A DNA stretch of 63,249 bases, counting the filler, from Rhabdomonas costata (Eukaryota): NCBI GenBank assembly GCA_019059605.1. It is 48 parts of 48 records of this genome, joined end to end, with 100 filler letters (N's around TTAATTAATTAA, not from the genome) between each part and the next. Parts side by side here need not be neighbours in the genome. Positions count along the whole stretch, not along the records: positions 62,031 to 63,249 come from JAHMHO010023127.1; 47 more parts are not named here. The stretch is one strand, 5' to 3'. The notes beneath the pieces are model-generated. The model had not been told where the DNA came from, did no database searches, and was given only the letters and a program-made list of their open reading frames with translations. Numbering within the stretch: position 1 is the stretch's first letter; each line of letters begins with the position of its first letter. This document shows, one piece after another, positions 62,215 through 63,249 of this stretch. Made by a program: the position numbers and the translations under genes.

Positions 62215-63249
62215 CTGCGTGCAGAACAGAGGATGTTTCCTACACGTCCGATGGTGAACTCGGATGCAGCTTTCTCAAGGGGGAGAGAGGGTACGTGCTG
62301 CACAGTGGGGAAGTGTTTCTACGTTTCGGGTGAGAAAGGGGCTACCAGCTCATCTCTTTGGCAAGAATGAATCCGTCTCCAATCTCTGCATGTACTCTCC
62401 CATTTTCGACCCAATGGAAGTTGGGGGAATTTAGCAAAAAGCCAGTCTTTCACCACTGATAATCAACACCCCCCCACACTCCATGTCAATTGCACTCCAT
62501 TTTCAGCGCAAAACGCTGAGGCCCTTGAGAAAGAACTCACGCTTTTTCCGGAGCAGCGCTTTCGTCGTCCCACCCAGCACCAGCTTCTACAATGCTCTCA
62601 CTCCGGAACTGTTCTCTTTTTCTTTCTCTGGCTTGCTCTGAGCCCATCAGTAACGCCGATGCTGCAATTTTCTTCAATTCTTGAAAACCTCTGTCCCGAG
62701 GAAAAAACACTACAATCTCAGCAGGGAACGCCCCAAAAGAATAATGTGTCAGGTCAATTCCAATCTGATAAATTTATGATGACTTTCGGCCGTTGATTAC
62801 TCCGGTTTGGGTTCTATTGGTTTGACCGACAAAAACGAGTATCGATGGAAAGATACGAACATGCTTTATTTTCTTCATGGTCAAAAAATCATGAACACTG
62901 CAATGCCAAGAGGTCTGTTCAGACAGAGAGGCAATGCCCAGACAAAGGAGGCGGAGAAAAAGAGGGAGAGGGACAGCGGGAGAGAAATGGAACAGAAACA
63001 GAAACGTGATGGTGTGATACATTTGCAGACCGGGGCGTCGGGAGGACAGCGGTGTGTGAAGGAGTGAGCTTAATGTTAAGAAAGGGGCGGGGAAGCGAGG
63101 AGGATCAGGTCCCACACAGCCACGCTCGCTGGGGGCAAAAGACACCGTAGATTCCCCCGCAGACCCAGAAGAACCCCAGGAAGCACATGAAGAAGCTCGT
63201 TTCACAACGGACACATAGGCTGCACACCCACCCCAAACACGCCCAACAC

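Noticed and set aside
1-63249. rRNA, tRNA or spliced-leader RNA genes
   Set aside because: None recognised by eye. A tRNAscan-SE or Rfam scan would be needed to exclude them.

Overview
This window is not a contiguous locus. It is a pseudo-scaffold of 48 unrelated contigs of about 1.2 kb each, joined by an artificial N44-TTAATTAATTAA-N44 spacer, so adjacency across spacers carries no biological meaning. Most contigs come from an intron-rich, moderately GC-rich protist nuclear genome (possibly euglenozoan; this is inference). Recognisable spliced exons encode two ABCG/PDR transporter fragments, a response-regulator receiver domain, an ankyrin protein, an atypical kinase, an FSH1 serine hydrolase, a phospholipase/carboxylesterase, an arylsulfotransferase-like propeller, a class III nucleotide cyclase, a Na+/solute symporter, an APC polyamine permease, a cadherin-like protein and a TMEM62-like protein. 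Decayed mobile elements include two Merlin/IS1595 transposases, two copies of a Penelope-like reverse transcriptase, a Dam-like N6-adenine methyltransferase domain and a TIR-bounded MITE. Three very AT-rich, intronless contigs look like large DNA virus sequence (two Mimiviridae-like, one NCLDV- or Polinton-like). The most notable signals are a candidate non-GT/AG intron with base-paired ends in the FSH1 gene, a viral ORF fusing a helicase fragment to a Cys-rich domain tentatively resembling baculovirus P74, the Penelope-like family next to (CA)n, and a 36-bp-period decayed repeat array. No complete multi-gene system can be established from fragments this short. All family assignments are from motif recognition, not database searches.
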